From contig CAVVTZ010000009.1 of the NCBI GenBank assembly GCA_963751275.1, positions 576,001-640,000 on the forward strand: 64,000 bases of DNA, given 5' to 3'. Below, piece after piece: positions 45,222 through 56,968 of this stretch. The notes beneath the pieces were generated by a model. It made no database searches and had not been told where the DNA came from. It saw only the letters and a program-made list of their open reading frames with translations. Source of the DNA: an uncultured Gemmatimonadaceae bacterium (GTDB lineage Bacteria > Gemmatimonadota > Gemmatimonadetes > Gemmatimonadales > Gemmatimonadaceae). The translations under genes were made by a program, and so were the position numbers. Position 1 is the stretch's first letter. Each line of letters begins with the position of its first letter.

Positions 45222-46531
45222 TCAGTGTGGTTCGTAGACCAGCATGAGCGGGTTCTCCAGCAGGCGCCGCAGCGTCTGCAGGAACTGGGCGCCGGTGGCG
45301 CCGTCGATCGACGCGGTGGTCGCAGCTCATCGTGACGCGCAGCGCGGCGCACGGCGACCGCGCCATCGACCACGACCGGGGGCTCGCCACCGCGCCGACC
45401 GCCAGGATCGCCGGTCTCCGGCGGATTGATGATCGCGGTGAACTCGTCGATCTCGAACATGCCGAGGTTGGAGACGGAGAAGGTCGCTCCGGTGTACTCC
45501 TCGGGCGTGAGCTTGCGCTCGCGCGCGCGCTCGGCCGAGGGTCGCGCGACTCCGCGGCGATCTCCCGCAGGCCCTTCTGGTCGGCGTCGAAGATGACCGG
45601 CGTGATGAGTCCGTCCTCGACCGCGACCGCCATGCCGACGTGGACGCGTTGAAGTAGCGGATCTGGTCGCCCAGCCAATGCGGCGTTGACGTCGGGGTGC
45701 TGGCGCAGCGCCATGGCCACCGCCTTCACGATGAGGTCGTTGAACGAGACCTTGAACTCGTCGCCGAGCCCGGCCATGGCGGCGCGCGCCTCCGCGACGC
45801 GCTCGATGTCGATCTCGGCGGTGAGGTAGAAGTGCGGGACGGGGCCGATGCGATTCGGCGAGGCGCCGGGCGATCGTCTTCCGGATCTGGCGTGAGCGGC
45901 ACGTCCTGAAACCCGACGCCTGGGGAGGCACGGCGCGGGCGGACTGGACGGCTGTCGCTCTGCGACCGTCGTGTGCCTGCGGATTCGATGTCGCGCTGCG
46001 ACGATGCCGGCCGCTCCAGGTCGCGCTTGACCACGCGCCCGCGAGCCGATGCCGGACGATGCGCAGGTCACCCGCGCTCGGCGGCGAGACGGCGGGCCAG
46101 CGGCGAGAACTCCGGAGGCGGGACGACGCGGGTGTCGGAGCGGCGGGTGCAGCGGGCGCCGAGGGCGCCGCTGCCGCTGTTGGGCGGCGCGACGACAGCC
46201 GGAGCGGGAGTCGCCGGCGGGAGATGGGACGTCGTGCCGCCGGCGCCGGCGGCCTCGGCGCCCGCCAGCGATCGCGTCGATGTTCTCGTCCGGCGGTGCC
46301 GACCACCGCGAGGAGATGCGCCCACCGGACGCGTCGTCGCCCTCGGCGGCGATGATCTTGCGCAGCACGCCGTCGCCGCGCGCGACCAGCTCCATCACCG
46401 CCTTGTCCGTCTCGACCTCGGCGAGCACGTCGCCCTGTCGCGACCGTGTCGCCCTCCTTCTTCGTCCACTTCACGAGGCGCCCTTCTTCCATCGTCGGCG
46501 ACAGCGCTTCCATCACGACCTTCGTGGCCAT
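45222..46531 (-). CDS. pdhC: pyruvate dehydrogenase E2 dihydrolipoamide acetyltransferase (frameshifted)
   Basis: [15 protein letters not shown] lipoyl site, [17 protein letters not shown]. Confidence 0.9.
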
Positions 46532-46548
46532 GGCTAGCTCCCGCCGAC

Positions 46549-47533
46549 TCAGACGTAGAGCACGCGTTTGCACGGCCGCGACGGTCTTCGCGGCGTCCGG
46601 CTTCGCGGCCCTCTCGAGATTCTTCGCGTAGGGCATCGGGACGTCGGCCTGATGCACGCGGACCACCGGCGCGTCGAGATCGTCGAAGCATTCGCGCTGG
46701 ATGACAGTCCACGATCTGCGCGCCGATGCCGGCGATCTCCCACCCTTCCTCGAGCACCACGGCGCGGTTGGTCTTCCGCACCGACGCCGCGATCGTCGGC
46801 GACGTCCAGCGGCCGCAGGGTGCGCAGGTCCACCACCTCGGCGCTGATGCCCGTCCTTCGCGAGCGCGTCGGCGGCCTGCAGCGCCACGAGCACCATCTT
46901 GCCGTAGGTGATCAAGCGAACAATGATCGCCCGCGCGCTTGACTTGCGCCTTGCCGATCGGGATCGTGAGTCGCCGTCGGGCACCTCGCCCTTCGTGTTG
47001 TAGAGCATCTCGCCCTCGAGCACGATCACCGGGTTGTCGTCGCGGATCGCGGTCTTGAGCAGTCCCTTCGCGTCGGCCGGCGTGCCCGGCGTGACCACCT
47101 TGAGGCCCGGGATGTGCGCGAACCAGCTCTCCAACGCCTGCGAGTGCTGCGCCGCGAGCTGCAGCGCGGCGCCGTTCGGGCCGCGGAACACGATGGGGAT
47201 GTTGAACTGGCCGCCGCGACATGTAGAGCATCTTCGCGGCGGTGTTCACGATCTGGTCGAGCGCGAGCAGCGCGAAGTTCCAGGTCATGAACTCGATCAC
47301 CGGCCGCAGGCCCACCATCGCCGCGCCGACGCCGACGCCGGCGAAGCCGAGCTCGGTGATCGGCGTGTCCACCACGCGCATCGTCGCCGAACTCCTCGAG
47401 CAGGCCCTTGCTGACCTTGTACGCGCCCTGGTAGTCCGCCGACCTCCTCGCCCATGAGGAAGACGCGGTCGTCGCGCTGCATCTCTTCGCGCAGCGCCTG
47501 ATTGAGCGCGTCGCGGTAGGTGATGACCGCCAT
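46549..47533 (-). CDS. pdhB: pyruvate dehydrogenase E1 beta subunit (frameshifted)
   Basis: [39 protein letters not shown]. Confidence 0.93.
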
Positions 47534-47536
47534 CGT

Positions 47537-48566
47537 TCAGCCCGCCACGGGTGTCGCGGCGCCGCTGTCGCTGGTGGTGTCCACCGTGATGTCCTCGAAG
47601 AGCGCCTCGAGCGGCGGCTCGGGGCTCTCGTCGGCGAACTGCCACGCGTCCTCGCACACGGCCTTCAGCTCCTCGTCCATCTTCGCGTAGTCGGCGTCGG
47701 ACCACTCGCCGTTCTCCTGCATCTCGGCCTTGAGCACCATGATCGGATCGCGCTGCATTTCGCGGTCCAGCTCTTCCTTCGTGCGGTACGTGCCGCTCGA
47801 CCGCGTCGGACATCGAGTGTCCCATGAAGCGGTAGGTCTGGATCTCGAGCAGCGTGGGCGTGTTCTCGCGGCGCGCGCGCTCCACGGCGCGCATCGCCGC
47901 CTCGCGCACGGCCAGGACGTCCTGTCCGTCCACCACTTCCTCGGGCATGTCGTACGAGTGCGCGCGCGTGGAGATGTCCACCACCGCGCTGGCGCGCTCG
48001 AGCGCCGTGCCCATGCCGTAGCGGTTGTTCTCGATCACGAAGATCACGGGCAGCTTCCAGAGCGCGGCCATGTTCAGCGCTTCGTGGAACGCGCCGTTGT
48101 TCACCGCCGCCTCGCCGAAGAAGCAGACGCACACCTGATCGCCGCCGCGGTACTTGATCGCGAAGCCGACGCCGGTCGCGAGCGGGATGTGGCCGCCGAC
48201 GATCCCGTGGCCGCCCAGGAAGTTCACGTTGCGGTCGAAGAGGTGCATCGAGCCGCCCTTGCCGCCGGAGCAGCCATCGGCGCGGCCGAACAGCTCCGCC
48301 ATGATCGCGCGCGGCGGGATCCCCTTCGCCAGCGCCTGGCCGTGTTCGCGATAGCTGGCGATCACGTAGTCGTCCTGACGGAGCGCGGAGATGACGCCGG
48401 CGCCTACGCCTTCCTGACCGATGTAGAGATGGCAGAATCCGCCGATCTTGCCGAGCGCGTACGCCTCCCCGACGCGCTCTTCGAAGCGGCGCATGAGAGT
48501 CATTTCGCGGAGCAACGCGCGGCGGAGGGGGGCGGCATCGGCCGCTTCGTTCTTCTTTTTCGCCAT
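47537..48566 (-). CDS. pdhA: pyruvate dehydrogenase E1 alpha subunit (frameshift near 47800)
   Basis: [27 protein letters not shown] motif, [10 protein letters not shown]. Confidence 0.95.
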
Positions 48567-48600
48567 GTGTGTGCAGTGTGGACCGTAGCGACAGCCGCGG

Positions 48601-49510
48601 CTAAACGCCCGCGGCTTGCACCTGCTCCCAGGCGTGATAGCTGGACCGGACGAGCGGGGCCGATTCAACGTGGCGGAATCCCATCGCCATGCCGGCATCG
48701 TGCAGCGCGCGGAACTCGTCGGGCGTGTAGTAGCGGTCGAGCGGGAGGTGGTTCTCCGAGGGGCGGAGGTACTGTCCGAGCGTGAGGATATCCACGTCCA
48801 CCTTGCGCAGGTCGCGCATGACGGCGAGCACCTCTTCCACCGTCTCCCCCATGCCGAGGATCATGCCGGTCTTCGTCGGCACATCGGGCGCGATGCGCTT
48901 GGCGAGCGCGAAGATCTCCATGACGCGCTCGTAGCGGCCGCCGGGACGGCACTTCTTGTAGAGCCGCGGCACGGTTTCGGTGTTGTGATTGTAGATGTCC
49001 GGACGCGCCTCGAGCACGGTGCGGATCGACGCCTCGATTCCCCTGGAAATCGGGGACGAGCACCTCGACCGAACACGTCGGCAGCTTGGCGCGGATCTGC
49101 CGGATCGTCTCGGCGAAGATGAATGCGCCGAAGTCGGGGAGATCGTCGCGGTCCACCGAGGTGATGACCGCGTGCTGCAGCTGCATCTCGGCGATCGCGG
49201 CGGCGACGCGCGCCGGCTCACCGATGTCGTACTTGGGCGGACGGCCGTGAGCGACCGCGCAGTAGGCGCAGTTCCGCGTGCAGACGTCGCCGAGGATCAT
49301 GAAGGACGCGGTGCCATGCTCCCAGCACTCGCCCACGTTGGGGCAGTGGGCTTCTTCGCAGACCGTGTGCAGGTCGAGATCGCGCATGAGATGGCGCAGG
49401 CGCGAATAGTTGGGACCGCCGGGCGCTCGCACTTTCAGCCAGGATGGCTTCCGCTCGGGGAGCGGATCGGCGCGGTGGCGCCCCATGATCTGATAGAGGG
49501 GCTCAGACAT
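48601..49510 (-). CDS. lipA: lipoyl synthase (frameshift near 49035)
   Basis: [27 protein letters not shown]. Confidence 0.95.
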
Positions 49511-49591
49511 GAACTGATTGTAAAGCGTGGGTGGACAAACTGCTAGCTCTAGTAACCGCTAAACACATTATTGACGGTTAGCGAAACGACG

Positions 49592-50681
49592 TTAGCCGTT
49601 AGAACTGGTCTTGAAGCGGGCCACCGCGAATGGGGATAGGTCGTATGGCGGCTCCTCGCCGCAAGCGAGGGCGGCGACGCAGTCGCCAGTGAGTGGGCGC
49701 CATGAGGACGCCGTTCCGGGAATGGCCGACGGCATAGATCAGGGCCGGGCGTTCGGGGTCGGGGCCGATGATCGGTGCCATGTCGGGCGACATGGGGCGC
49801 AGGCCGCTCCAATGGCGCAGCGTGGGCGCGGCGCCGAGGGCGGGGCTGAGGCCCGAGGCGACAGCGTGCAGATGCTCGGCGCCGTCCTTGGTGGTGGAAT
49901 TGTCGAAGCCGGTATGCTCGGCGGTGGATCCGACGAACGTCGTGCCGCCGGCGCGCGGCACGATGTACCCGTGACCGGAGAAGGCGACGTGACGGGTGGG
50001 GGAGCCGGCCAGCTCGAGCATCTGGCCGCGGACTGGTTCCACCGGGATCGGCCGGGGGAGGCCGGCGAGAGCGGAGGTCCAGGCTCCGGTGGCCACCACG
50101 ATGGCACTGCCGGTATAGTGGCGCCCTCCTGCGCAGCGCACTGTCGGCTCTTCGGCACCGGCCTCCACCGCGACGGCGGCGTCGTTCACCACCGTGATCG
50201 ATGACGCCCGTGCGACGTATTCGCGCAGCGCGCGGACGAGTGCCGCGTTGTCGACGGCGCCGTCGAACTCATGGAGGAGTGCGCCATGAGCCGGCGCCAA
50301 TGCGGGCTCGAGGGCGCGAAGTTGCGCGGCGTCGAGCCACTTCGCATCGGGAGCACGATCCTTCAGCAGGGCGGCTGCGGCTTCGGATGAGCCGGCGAGT
50401 TGGAGGATCCCATTCCGGTCGAGCGCGATCGGTGTACCGGTCTCGCGCTGGACCCAATCGAGGAAGGTGACGTAGCGGTCCCGAGCCGCGATCGCGAAGT
50501 CGTGCGCGGCGCCCGTACTCCCCTCCACTCCGGGCGCGAGCATGCCCGCCGCCGCCGGCGAGGCTTCCCCCTCGCGGATCTGGCCGATCAGTGTCACTCT
50601 TACTCCGCGCCCGGCGAGCGCTGCCGCGCAGGAGAGCGCGACGAGACCGTAGCCAAGAACGACCACGCGGTCATCGTTCAT
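49592..50681 (-). CDS. FAD-dependent glycine oxidase ThiO/DadA family (frameshift near the 3' end)
   Basis: GYGLVA Rossmann motif, ASPAAAGML, PVRGQ, WSGLRP, GHSRNG. Confidence 0.85.
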
Positions 50682-50809
50682 CGCGGGCCGGCAAGGCTGA
50701 AACACTGCGGGGCGCTGGCTCGTAGATATGTACGAACCACTGAACGAGCCTTACCGAAGGCCGATGACCGACGGTCGATGGCCTGTCCATAAATGCGGAG
50801 AGTGACCCC

Positions 50810-51028
50810 ATGTTTCGCACTGTGATGGCAACCGGCGTGATGGCGATCCTCGGGATCTTCGCGCTCAAGTTCATCTTCGGCATCTTCGGCGGCCTGGTCG
50901 GGCTGTTCCTCATGCTGTTCTTCCTGGCCGTGAAGATCGCGATCATCGGCGCCATCGTGTACGTCGCGCTGCGCATCTTCATGCCCGCCACCGCCGACAA
51001 GATCAAGGAGAAGGCGACCGGCGCGTGA
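50810..51028 (+). CDS. small membrane protein
   Basis: GGAG RBS, hydrophobic 72-aa ORF with strong GC3 bias. Confidence 0.75.
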   Translation: MFRTVMATGVMAILGIFALKFIFGIFGGLVGLFLMLFFLAVKIAIIGAIVYVALRIFMPATADKIKEKATGA

Positions 51029-51050
51029 AGCCGTTGTAGCTGCTGTCTCA

Positions 51051-51071
51051 ACAGTCGACAGTCTACAGTCG
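51051..51071. repeat. heptamer tandem repeat ACAGTC(G/T) x3
   Basis: direct reading. Confidence 0.75.
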
Positions 51072-51081
51072 ACGTCTGCCG

Positions 51082-52032
51082 TCAGCCGTTCATCGCCTCA
51101 ACGACCGCCCACGCCAGCATCGGCACCATGATCTCGTGGTGCCCCGTGATCTCGTAGCCGCGCCCGCCTCCCATCGTCGGGCGCTGCACGACATTCACCC
51201 GCGGCCGATAGTGGCGGGTCATGTCCATGTCGCAGGCCGTGAAATTCACCGGCTTCCCCGCATGCAGATTCCGCGCGATCGTGAGCGCCTTGAGGAAGAC
51301 CTCGGGCATGATCACCGCGCTCCCGAGATTCAGCACGACGCCGCCGTCCTGCAGCGACGGAAGGCTCGCCGCGAGGCGCCGGAAGTCGCGGTGGCTCGTG
51401 TCGCCGATCGCCGCGCCGCTCGCCGCCGGATGCTGGTGGATGATCTCCGCGCCGATCGCCGCATGAATGGTGCAAGGCACTCCCATCTTCCGCGCGCCGA
51501 GCAGCAGCGAGAGCTCGGGATGCGCGAGCTGCTTCTCCCCCTCGAGCGCGCGCGCCAGCGACTCGCCCATTCCCCAGCTCTCCTTCAGGCCGCGGATGAT
51601 CGCCTCGTTCATGCCGCGCCCAGTCTCCTCGGCCATGCCGAAGGTGCCGTCGCGCAGCCCTTCGGCCACGTTCTCCGACGTGCCGCCGAAGCGCGCGATC
51701 TCGTAGTCGTGAATGGCCGCCGAGCCGTTCATCGCGAGGTGCGTGATCACCCCGCGGCGCATGAGGTCGAGCAGCACGGGCGCGAGGCCGGTCTTCACCA
51801 CGTGGCCGCCGGTCATCACCACCACGCCGCGCTTGCCGGCGGCGGCCGCGATGTCCGTGGCGACGGCGAGCAGATCGCGCGCGACCAGCGCATCGGGGAG
51901 CGCCTTGAGGAAGGCCTTGAACGACCGGTCGTTCCCCGGCGGCGACGCGAATTCCTCGGCGCGCACCTTGTTGGGGCGGACGGCGATCGGCACCGTCTTG
52001 ATCTTCGAGAGATCCGCTTCCTGGTCGGCCAT
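51082..52032 (-). CDS. deoxyhypusine-synthase-like (DHS fold) protein of unknown function
   Basis: GGHVVKTGL, AMNG..IHD.E, GTFGMAEET, GSAVIMPEVFLKA, GHHEIMVP. Confidence 0.7.
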   Translation of the reverse strand: MADQEADLSKIKTVPIAVRPNKVRAEEFASPPGNDRSFKAFLKALPDALVARDLLAVATDIAAAAGKRGVVVMTGGHVVKTGLAPVLLDLMRRGVITHLAMNGSAAIHDYEIARFGGTSENVAEGLRDGTFGMAEETGRGMNEAIIRGLKESWGMGESLARALEGEKQLAHPELSLLLGARKMGVPCTIHAAIGAEIIHQHPAASGAAIGDTSHRDFRRLAASLPSLQDGGVVLNLGSAVIMPEVFLKALTIARNLHAGKPVNFTACDMDMTRHYRPRVNVVQRPTMGGGRGYEITGHHEIMVPMLAWAVVEAMNG

Positions 52033-52841
52033 CAGGGCTTGGCGGTGCTGTCGGCCGCGTGCGGTCCGGCCGGCGTGTACTTCTTCAGGTAGAGGTTCAG
52101 CGATTTCAGGATCGGCACCTTCGTCTTCACTTTCATTTGCACGAGGATGTGGCGCGGATCATCGCTCAGCCACATGAGCGCTTCGCCGCCCTCGGAGAAC
52201 AAGCCGTTCGACTTGATGATCGGCTGGATGACGATCGTGGGAAAGGTGCCGGCGTCCACCTTCACCGTGTCGCGCCGCAGGACCTTCACGATCACCGGAT
52301 TCCGGTCGGCAATGAAGTACCGATGGAACTCGTAGGTCTTGCCGACCTCGAGGGGCACGGTGCGCACGAAGTAGAAGAACGCGCCGTCATCCAGCGGATC
52401 GGCGACGCTCGGCTGCTCGGGTTGTCCCTCCTGCTGGTAGACCGAGCGCTCGGGATAGAACTGGTAGTCGCGCACGCGGTGGTAGTTCACTTCGTTGATG
52501 TGCTGCACGAACGCGTACGACACCATCGAATACGGATCGAAGTGGCTCTCGAGCTGGTCGTTCACCTTGAACCAGAGGATGCCGCCTTTGGTCAGGAACA
52601 CCGAGTGCATCGTACGGTGCCCGCGGACGGAATCCCAGCCGGCGATCTCCATCGACGCCTTGCCCACGCCAATGCCGCCGAGGCTGACGTCATATTCGAG
52701 TTTCTCGCCGACACCGAATGGCAGGTCGGCGATGACGGCGGTGCCCTGCGCCAGCGAGTCCTGCGCCGCCGCGCCGCGTGATGCCGCGGCGAGGAGCGCG
52801 AGCGCGAGCGCTGCGCGGCGCGGGCCGCGCGCGCGGATCAC
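52032..52841 (-). CDS. DUF3108-like exported protein
   Basis: signal peptide, PFGVGEKLEY, V.V.AGTFPT, WLSDD..HI.V. Confidence 0.75.
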   Translation of the reverse strand: MIRARGPRRAALALALLAAASRGAAAQDSLAQGTAVIADLPFGVGEKLEYDVSLGGIGVGKASMEIAGWDSVRGHRTMHSVFLTKGGILWFKVNDQLESHFDPYSMVSYAFVQHINEVNYHRVRDYQFYPERSVYQQEGQPEQPSVADPLDDGAFFYFVRTVPLEVGKTYEFHRYFIADRNPVIVKVLRRDTVKVDAGTFPTIVIQPIIKSNGLFSEGGEALMWLSDDPRHILVQMKVKTKVPILKSLNLYLKKYTPAGPHAADSTAKP

Positions 52842-53578
52842 GAGGGCCGCGGGGTGCGGCGTGCGCGCGCGAAGCGGACCAGCTCGAGCGCGGACTTCCA
52901 CGCCCGCACCCGGGTGCCGCGCTGGCGCAGGTCGTACCGCGGCGCACCGAGGGACACGGTCTCGACGCGTCGCGCGAGCGGCGCGAACTGCGCGAGGAGT
53001 TCGGCGTTCGCGGCCCACCCCGGCGCGGTCGCGAGCGGCTCGGCGCCCGCGCGCTTGATCGCCTCGCGCGCGACGGCCACGCGCACGAGGCGCATCGTGC
53101 CGAGCGGATCGTGCACGCCGGCCGTGCGGCTGACGGGACGCAGCAGCCAGAGGGCGAGACGGCGCAGCCGCTGGACGGGCACGGGTGCGCCCGATGGCGC
53201 GGCGGCCTCGCCCACGACGAGATCCGCGCCGCCATCGAAGGGGCGGAAGAGCTCGGGCAGCTGCTCGGGGAGATCGGTGAGATCGGCCTGCATGAACAGG
53301 AGCGCGTCGCGGCGCGGATAGCGCGTGCGCGCCGCAGCGGCGCGCACCAGCGCGTCGAGCGCGGCGGGATAGCCTTTGCGCTCGGCGTGGCGGATGACCG
53401 TGAGCGGCATGACACGCGCGTATTGCTTGAGCGTCTCGGCGGTGGCGTCGGTGCTGCCATCGTCGAGCACGACCACTTCGTACTCGCGCGGCTCCGCCTC
53501 GAACAGCTTGCGCAGGCGCCAGAGGACGATGCCGATCGTGGGGCCTTCGTCGAACGATGGTATGCAGATCGTCAGCAT
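52838..53578 (-). CDS. glycosyltransferase family 2
   Basis: ICIPSFDE, VLDDGSTDAT, QADL. Confidence 0.85.
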   Translation of the reverse strand: MLTICIPSFDEGPTIGIVLWRLRKLFEAEPREYEVVVLDDGSTDATAETLKQYARVMPLTVIRHAERKGYPAALDALVRAAAARTRYPRRDALLFMQADLTDLPEQLPELFRPFDGGADLVVGEAAAPSGAPVPVQRLRRLALWLLRPVSRTAGVHDPLGTMRLVRVAVAREAIKRAGAEPLATAPGWAANAELLAQFAPLARRVETVSLGAPRYDLRQRGTRVRAWKSALELVRFARARRTPRPS

Positions 53579-53699
53579 GTGAGGAAGATGACCGGGGCAT
53601 GCGTGGAAGGCAAACATTCACTACCGCTTGCCGTGCGGCGGCGCGCGGCGTAGGGTGAGTGCGCCGCATCGTCTTGTACCCCTCAGTTGGGAGCATTCC

Positions 53700-55277
53700 G
53701 TGGATCGTCGCCTGATGGCCGCCTGCTGCGCCGCTGCCATGCTCGCCTGCTCGCCCGCGTCGCCGGCGCGGGATCTCGCGCCCGCGCCCGCGCCGCGGCC
53801 GGTGGCGGCGCGCGAGCGGATCACGGAAGCCGATCTCCAGCGCGATCTCTCGATCTTCGCCGACGATTCGTTCCGAGGGAGGAAGGCGGGCACGCCCGAC
53901 GCGGTGCGTGCGGCGCGATTTCTGGCGGCGCAGGCCGCGGCGATCGGCCTCGAGCCGGCGGGCGACAGCGGCACCTTCCTGCAGCGCGTGCCGTTGGTCC
54001 GAGAATACCTGGGACGCGCGTCGCGCGTGACGATCACGGGCGCGAGCGGCACCGTGCGCCTGGCGATCGGGCCGCGGCTGCTGCCGGTGCTTTCCTTGGG
54101 CGAGGATGTGCCCGCACCAAAGCTCGATGCCGAGGGGGATCTGCTGTTCGGCGGCTACGGATTGGCGGCCGACCTGGCCGGGCGCAGCGTGTCGGGGAAG
54201 GTGGTGGTGTTCGTGATGGGCACGCCGCCGGGGCTGGATCCGAAGCAGCGCGCCGCGATGCTGCGCGAGCATCCGCTGGGCGAGCGGCTCGCGTCGCTGA
54301 TCGAGCGCGGGCCCGCGGGGATCATCGTGGTGGTGTCGGGGCCGATGGCCGAGCGCATGCCGGCGGCCGCCGTGGAGCTGAGCGACACGTCGGTGCAGCT
54401 GGGCGACGGCGCGGCGCCGCCGGTGCGCACGCTGCCGCTGGTCCTGCAGGCGGACCAGCGCGGCGCCACGGCGCTGCTCCCGAAGGGCTGGCCGCTGGCG
54501 GGCGCCCCCACCAGGGAGCGGCGGCATTTCAGCGCGCACATCGATCTCGTGCGCACCGCGGTGCCCGCGTACAACGTGGTGGCGATCCGCCGTGGCGGCG
54601 ACGCGGCGTTCCGGAACACGTATGTGGCGTTCGGGGCGCATCTGGATCATATCGGCATCCTGCCGCCGGAGGACGGCGACTCGATCGCGAATGGCGCCGA
54701 CGATGACGGCACCGGGAGCGTGGCGCTGCTCGCCATCGCGCGCGCGGCGGTGGCGCAAACGCCCGCGCCCCGGCGGTCGATGCTTTTCGTGTGGCATACG
54801 GGCGAGGAGCTCGGCTTGTATGGCTCGGAGTGGTTCACCTCGCATCCCACCGTGCCGATCGACTCGATCGTCGCGCAGCTCAACGCCGACATGATCGGGC
54901 GCAACAGCCGGAATTCGCTCTATCTGGTGGGGCCGTACGCGGCGCCGAACCACCAGAGCGCGGTGCTCGGCGCGATCGCGGACTCCGTGAACGAGACGCT
55001 GAAGGAGCCGTTCACGATCGATCGCGAGTGGGACTCACCCACGCACCCGGAACAGATCTACTACCGCAGCGATCACTACAACTACGCGAAGAACGGCGTG
55101 CCCGTGGTGTTCTTCACGACGGGGCTGCATGAGGATTACCACAAGGTAAGTGACGAGGTCGGGAAGATCGAGTTCGGCAAATTGGCGCGAGTCGCGGCGT
55201 ACATCTTCGATGTGGGGCTGGCAGTGGCGGATCGGAGCGCTCGACCGTTTCCGGTGACCGCTCATTCGGCTCCCTGA
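53700..55277 (+). CDS. M28 family metallopeptidase, probable lipoprotein
   Basis: GAHLDH, NGADDDGTG, GEELGL.GS, NADMIGR, RSDH, DYH. Confidence 0.92.
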   Translation: MDRRLMAACCAAAMLACSPASPARDLAPAPAPRPVAARERITEADLQRDLSIFADDSFRGRKAGTPDAVRAARFLAAQAAAIGLEPAGDSGTFLQRVPLVREYLGRASRVTITGASGTVRLAIGPRLLPVLSLGEDVPAPKLDAEGDLLFGGYGLAADLAGRSVSGKVVVFVMGTPPGLDPKQRAAMLREHPLGERLASLIERGPAGIIVVVSGPMAERMPAAAVELSDTSVQLGDGAAPPVRTLPLVLQADQRGATALLPKGWPLAGAPTRERRHFSAHIDLVRTAVPAYNVVAIRRGGDAAFRNTYVAFGAHLDHIGILPPEDGDSIANGADDDGTGSVALLAIARAAVAQTPAPRRSMLFVWHTGEELGLYGSEWFTSHPTVPIDSIVAQLNADMIGRNSRNSLYLVGPYAAPNHQSAVLGAIADSVNETLKEPFTIDREWDSPTHPEQIYYRSDHYNYAKNGVPVVFFTTGLHEDYHKVSDEVGKIEFGKLARVAAYIFDVGLAVADRSARPFPVTAHSAP

Positions 55278-55290
55278 TCACTCGAAATAG

Positions 55291-55366
55291 GGGAAACGGG
55301 AAACGGGAAACGGGAGCGAGTGGTTTCTAGTGACTACACGCTCCCGTTTCCCGTTTCCCGTATCCC
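55291..55366. repeat. hairpin with heptamer-repeat arms (GGGAAAC)x3 / GTTTCCC repeats
   Basis: direct reading; lies just after the M28 stop codon. Confidence 0.8.
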
Positions 55367-55475
55367 TGACGTAACGAAGCCTGGCGTGTGTGGTGTATCA
55401 CAACAGACGCGAGCAGCCGGGGAATCGCGTTGCAGTGGCAACCAGTGAGTCGTCGCCCGTGTAACGGAGGGCTCC

Positions 55476-56208
55476 ATGCTCAACGGACACGTTCGTGAGT
55501 CGCTCACCCGCGATGATGCCCAGTTGGCGCTCCGTCTGATCGCGCGCGGGTCGGAAGAGGCGCTGGCCGCGGCGGAGCTGATGCTGCGCGACGGGGGGAT
55601 CGATGCGCTGCTCGATGACGAGCGGCTCGTGCCCGCAATGGTGGCATCGCGCGCGGGCATGCATGCGTCGCTCCCGCTCTTCTTCTGCGCGGTGGTGCGG
55701 CGCGCGCTCGTGCAGGCCGATGAGAACGACCGCGCGCTCGCGGATTACGTCGCCGACATCCTCATCCAGTTCGCGGCGCGCGGGCGCGCCGAGCGCATCG
55801 CGGAGCACGACGACCAGTCGTACGACACGCTGGTCGCGCTGCTCGCGGAAGTGAACAGCGCCGACGCGAGCCGCAGCTTCCTCGTGCGGCAGCATCTCGG
55901 GGAACTACGCGCTGTGGATGAGCGGGTTGTTCCCCGACCGGATCGAGACGCGGCGGTGGCGGCGCGGCGGCCCCGGCCTCGATTACTACGACGAACTCGG
56001 ACGCCGCGGCTTCGCGCTCGCGGCCGAGCACCGGCTCGCGAACGAGCACGGGCTGCGCCCCCTCATGGAGCATGCGGCGGAGCGATTCGTGGTGCTGCGG
56101 GTGGCGTTGAACCGGGTGAGCGACACGCTGTTCTTCCCGAACCGCAGTTCGCCGGAGCGGTTGATGCGCCAGGTGCGCGACGAGGCGCGCTGGCGCCAGG
56201 CGTCCTAG
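55476..56208 (+). CDS. hypothetical protein (frameshift near 55900)
   Basis: RBS plus continuous coding-like frames joining at HLG/NYALWMSGLFPD...YYDELGRRGF. Confidence 0.7.
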
Positions 56209-56924
56209 CGCGCCTTCCGCGGCAGCGCGCGCGACACGAACGCGCCGAAGAGTCCCGCCTCCCACTTGCCGTCGAGCTCCTCGGGGTGCCATTGCACGCC
56301 GACGGCCCACCAATCGTCGCCGCCCCACTCGAGACCCTCGACGATGCCGTCGGGAGCGCGCGCCGCAACGCGCAGCCGGTCGCCGATCCGGTCCGGCGCC
56401 TGGTGATGGAAGGAGTTCACCTGCAGCTCGGATGCGCCGAGCGCCTTCGCGAGACGCGTGCCGCTCTCGATGCGCACCGGGTGCACGCGCGCGGTCTCGC
56501 GGTGTCCCTCGTCGTGGGAGAGCGCACCGGGGCGCTGGCTCGGGATGTCCTGCACGAGCGTGCCGCCGAACGCGACGTTGAAGAGCTGGATGCCGCGGCA
56601 GATCGCGAGCACCGGTTTGCCACGGCCGCGCGCGGCCTCGAGCAGCGCGAGCTCGGTGGCGTCGCGCGCTGTGCTCACGCTCGTGACGGTGGCATGCCGT
56701 GTCGCGCCGTAGCGCCCGGGATCGACATCCTCGCCACCGGTGAGCACGAGTCCGTCGGCGGCATCGAGGATCCGGCCCGCCGCCTCGTTGTCCAGCAGCG
56801 GCGGTACGAGTACCGGGAGTCCGCCGGCGTGCTCGACGGCCCGCGCGTAGGCGACGCCAAGGTGCACGGCGGGCGAGTGCTCATCGCCGCGCAGGGGGGC
56901 TGTGATGGCGATGATCGGAGCCAT
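56205..56924 (-). CDS. gamma-glutamyl-gamma-aminobutyrate hydrolase family (peptidase C26, class I GATase)
   Basis: LTGGEDVDP, AICRGIQ, VNSFHHQ, VQWHPE. Confidence 0.92.
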   Translation of the reverse strand: MAPIIAITAPLRGDEHSPAVHLGVAYARAVEHAGGLPVLVPPLLDNEAAGRILDAADGLVLTGGEDVDPGRYGATRHATVTSVSTARDATELALLEAARGRGKPVLAICRGIQLFNVAFGGTLVQDIPSQRPGALSHDEGHRETARVHPVRIESGTRLAKALGASELQVNSFHHQAPDRIGDRLRVAARAPDGIVEGLEWGGDDWWAVGVQWHPEELDGKWEAGLFGAFVSRALPRKAR

Positions 56925-56968
56925 ATTGTATGCTACATCATCGCACCGTCATTCCGCGAGGACCCTGG

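Noticed and set aside
40400..49700. Mass pseudogenisation or programmed frameshifting of the sulfatase, lipB, lpdA, pdhABC, lipA and thiO genes
   Set aside because: The breaks are short indels in otherwise intact, mostly core genes, clustered in one stretch and often in short homopolymers or GC runs. Uncorrected long-read error is the simplest explanation; read polishing would settle it.
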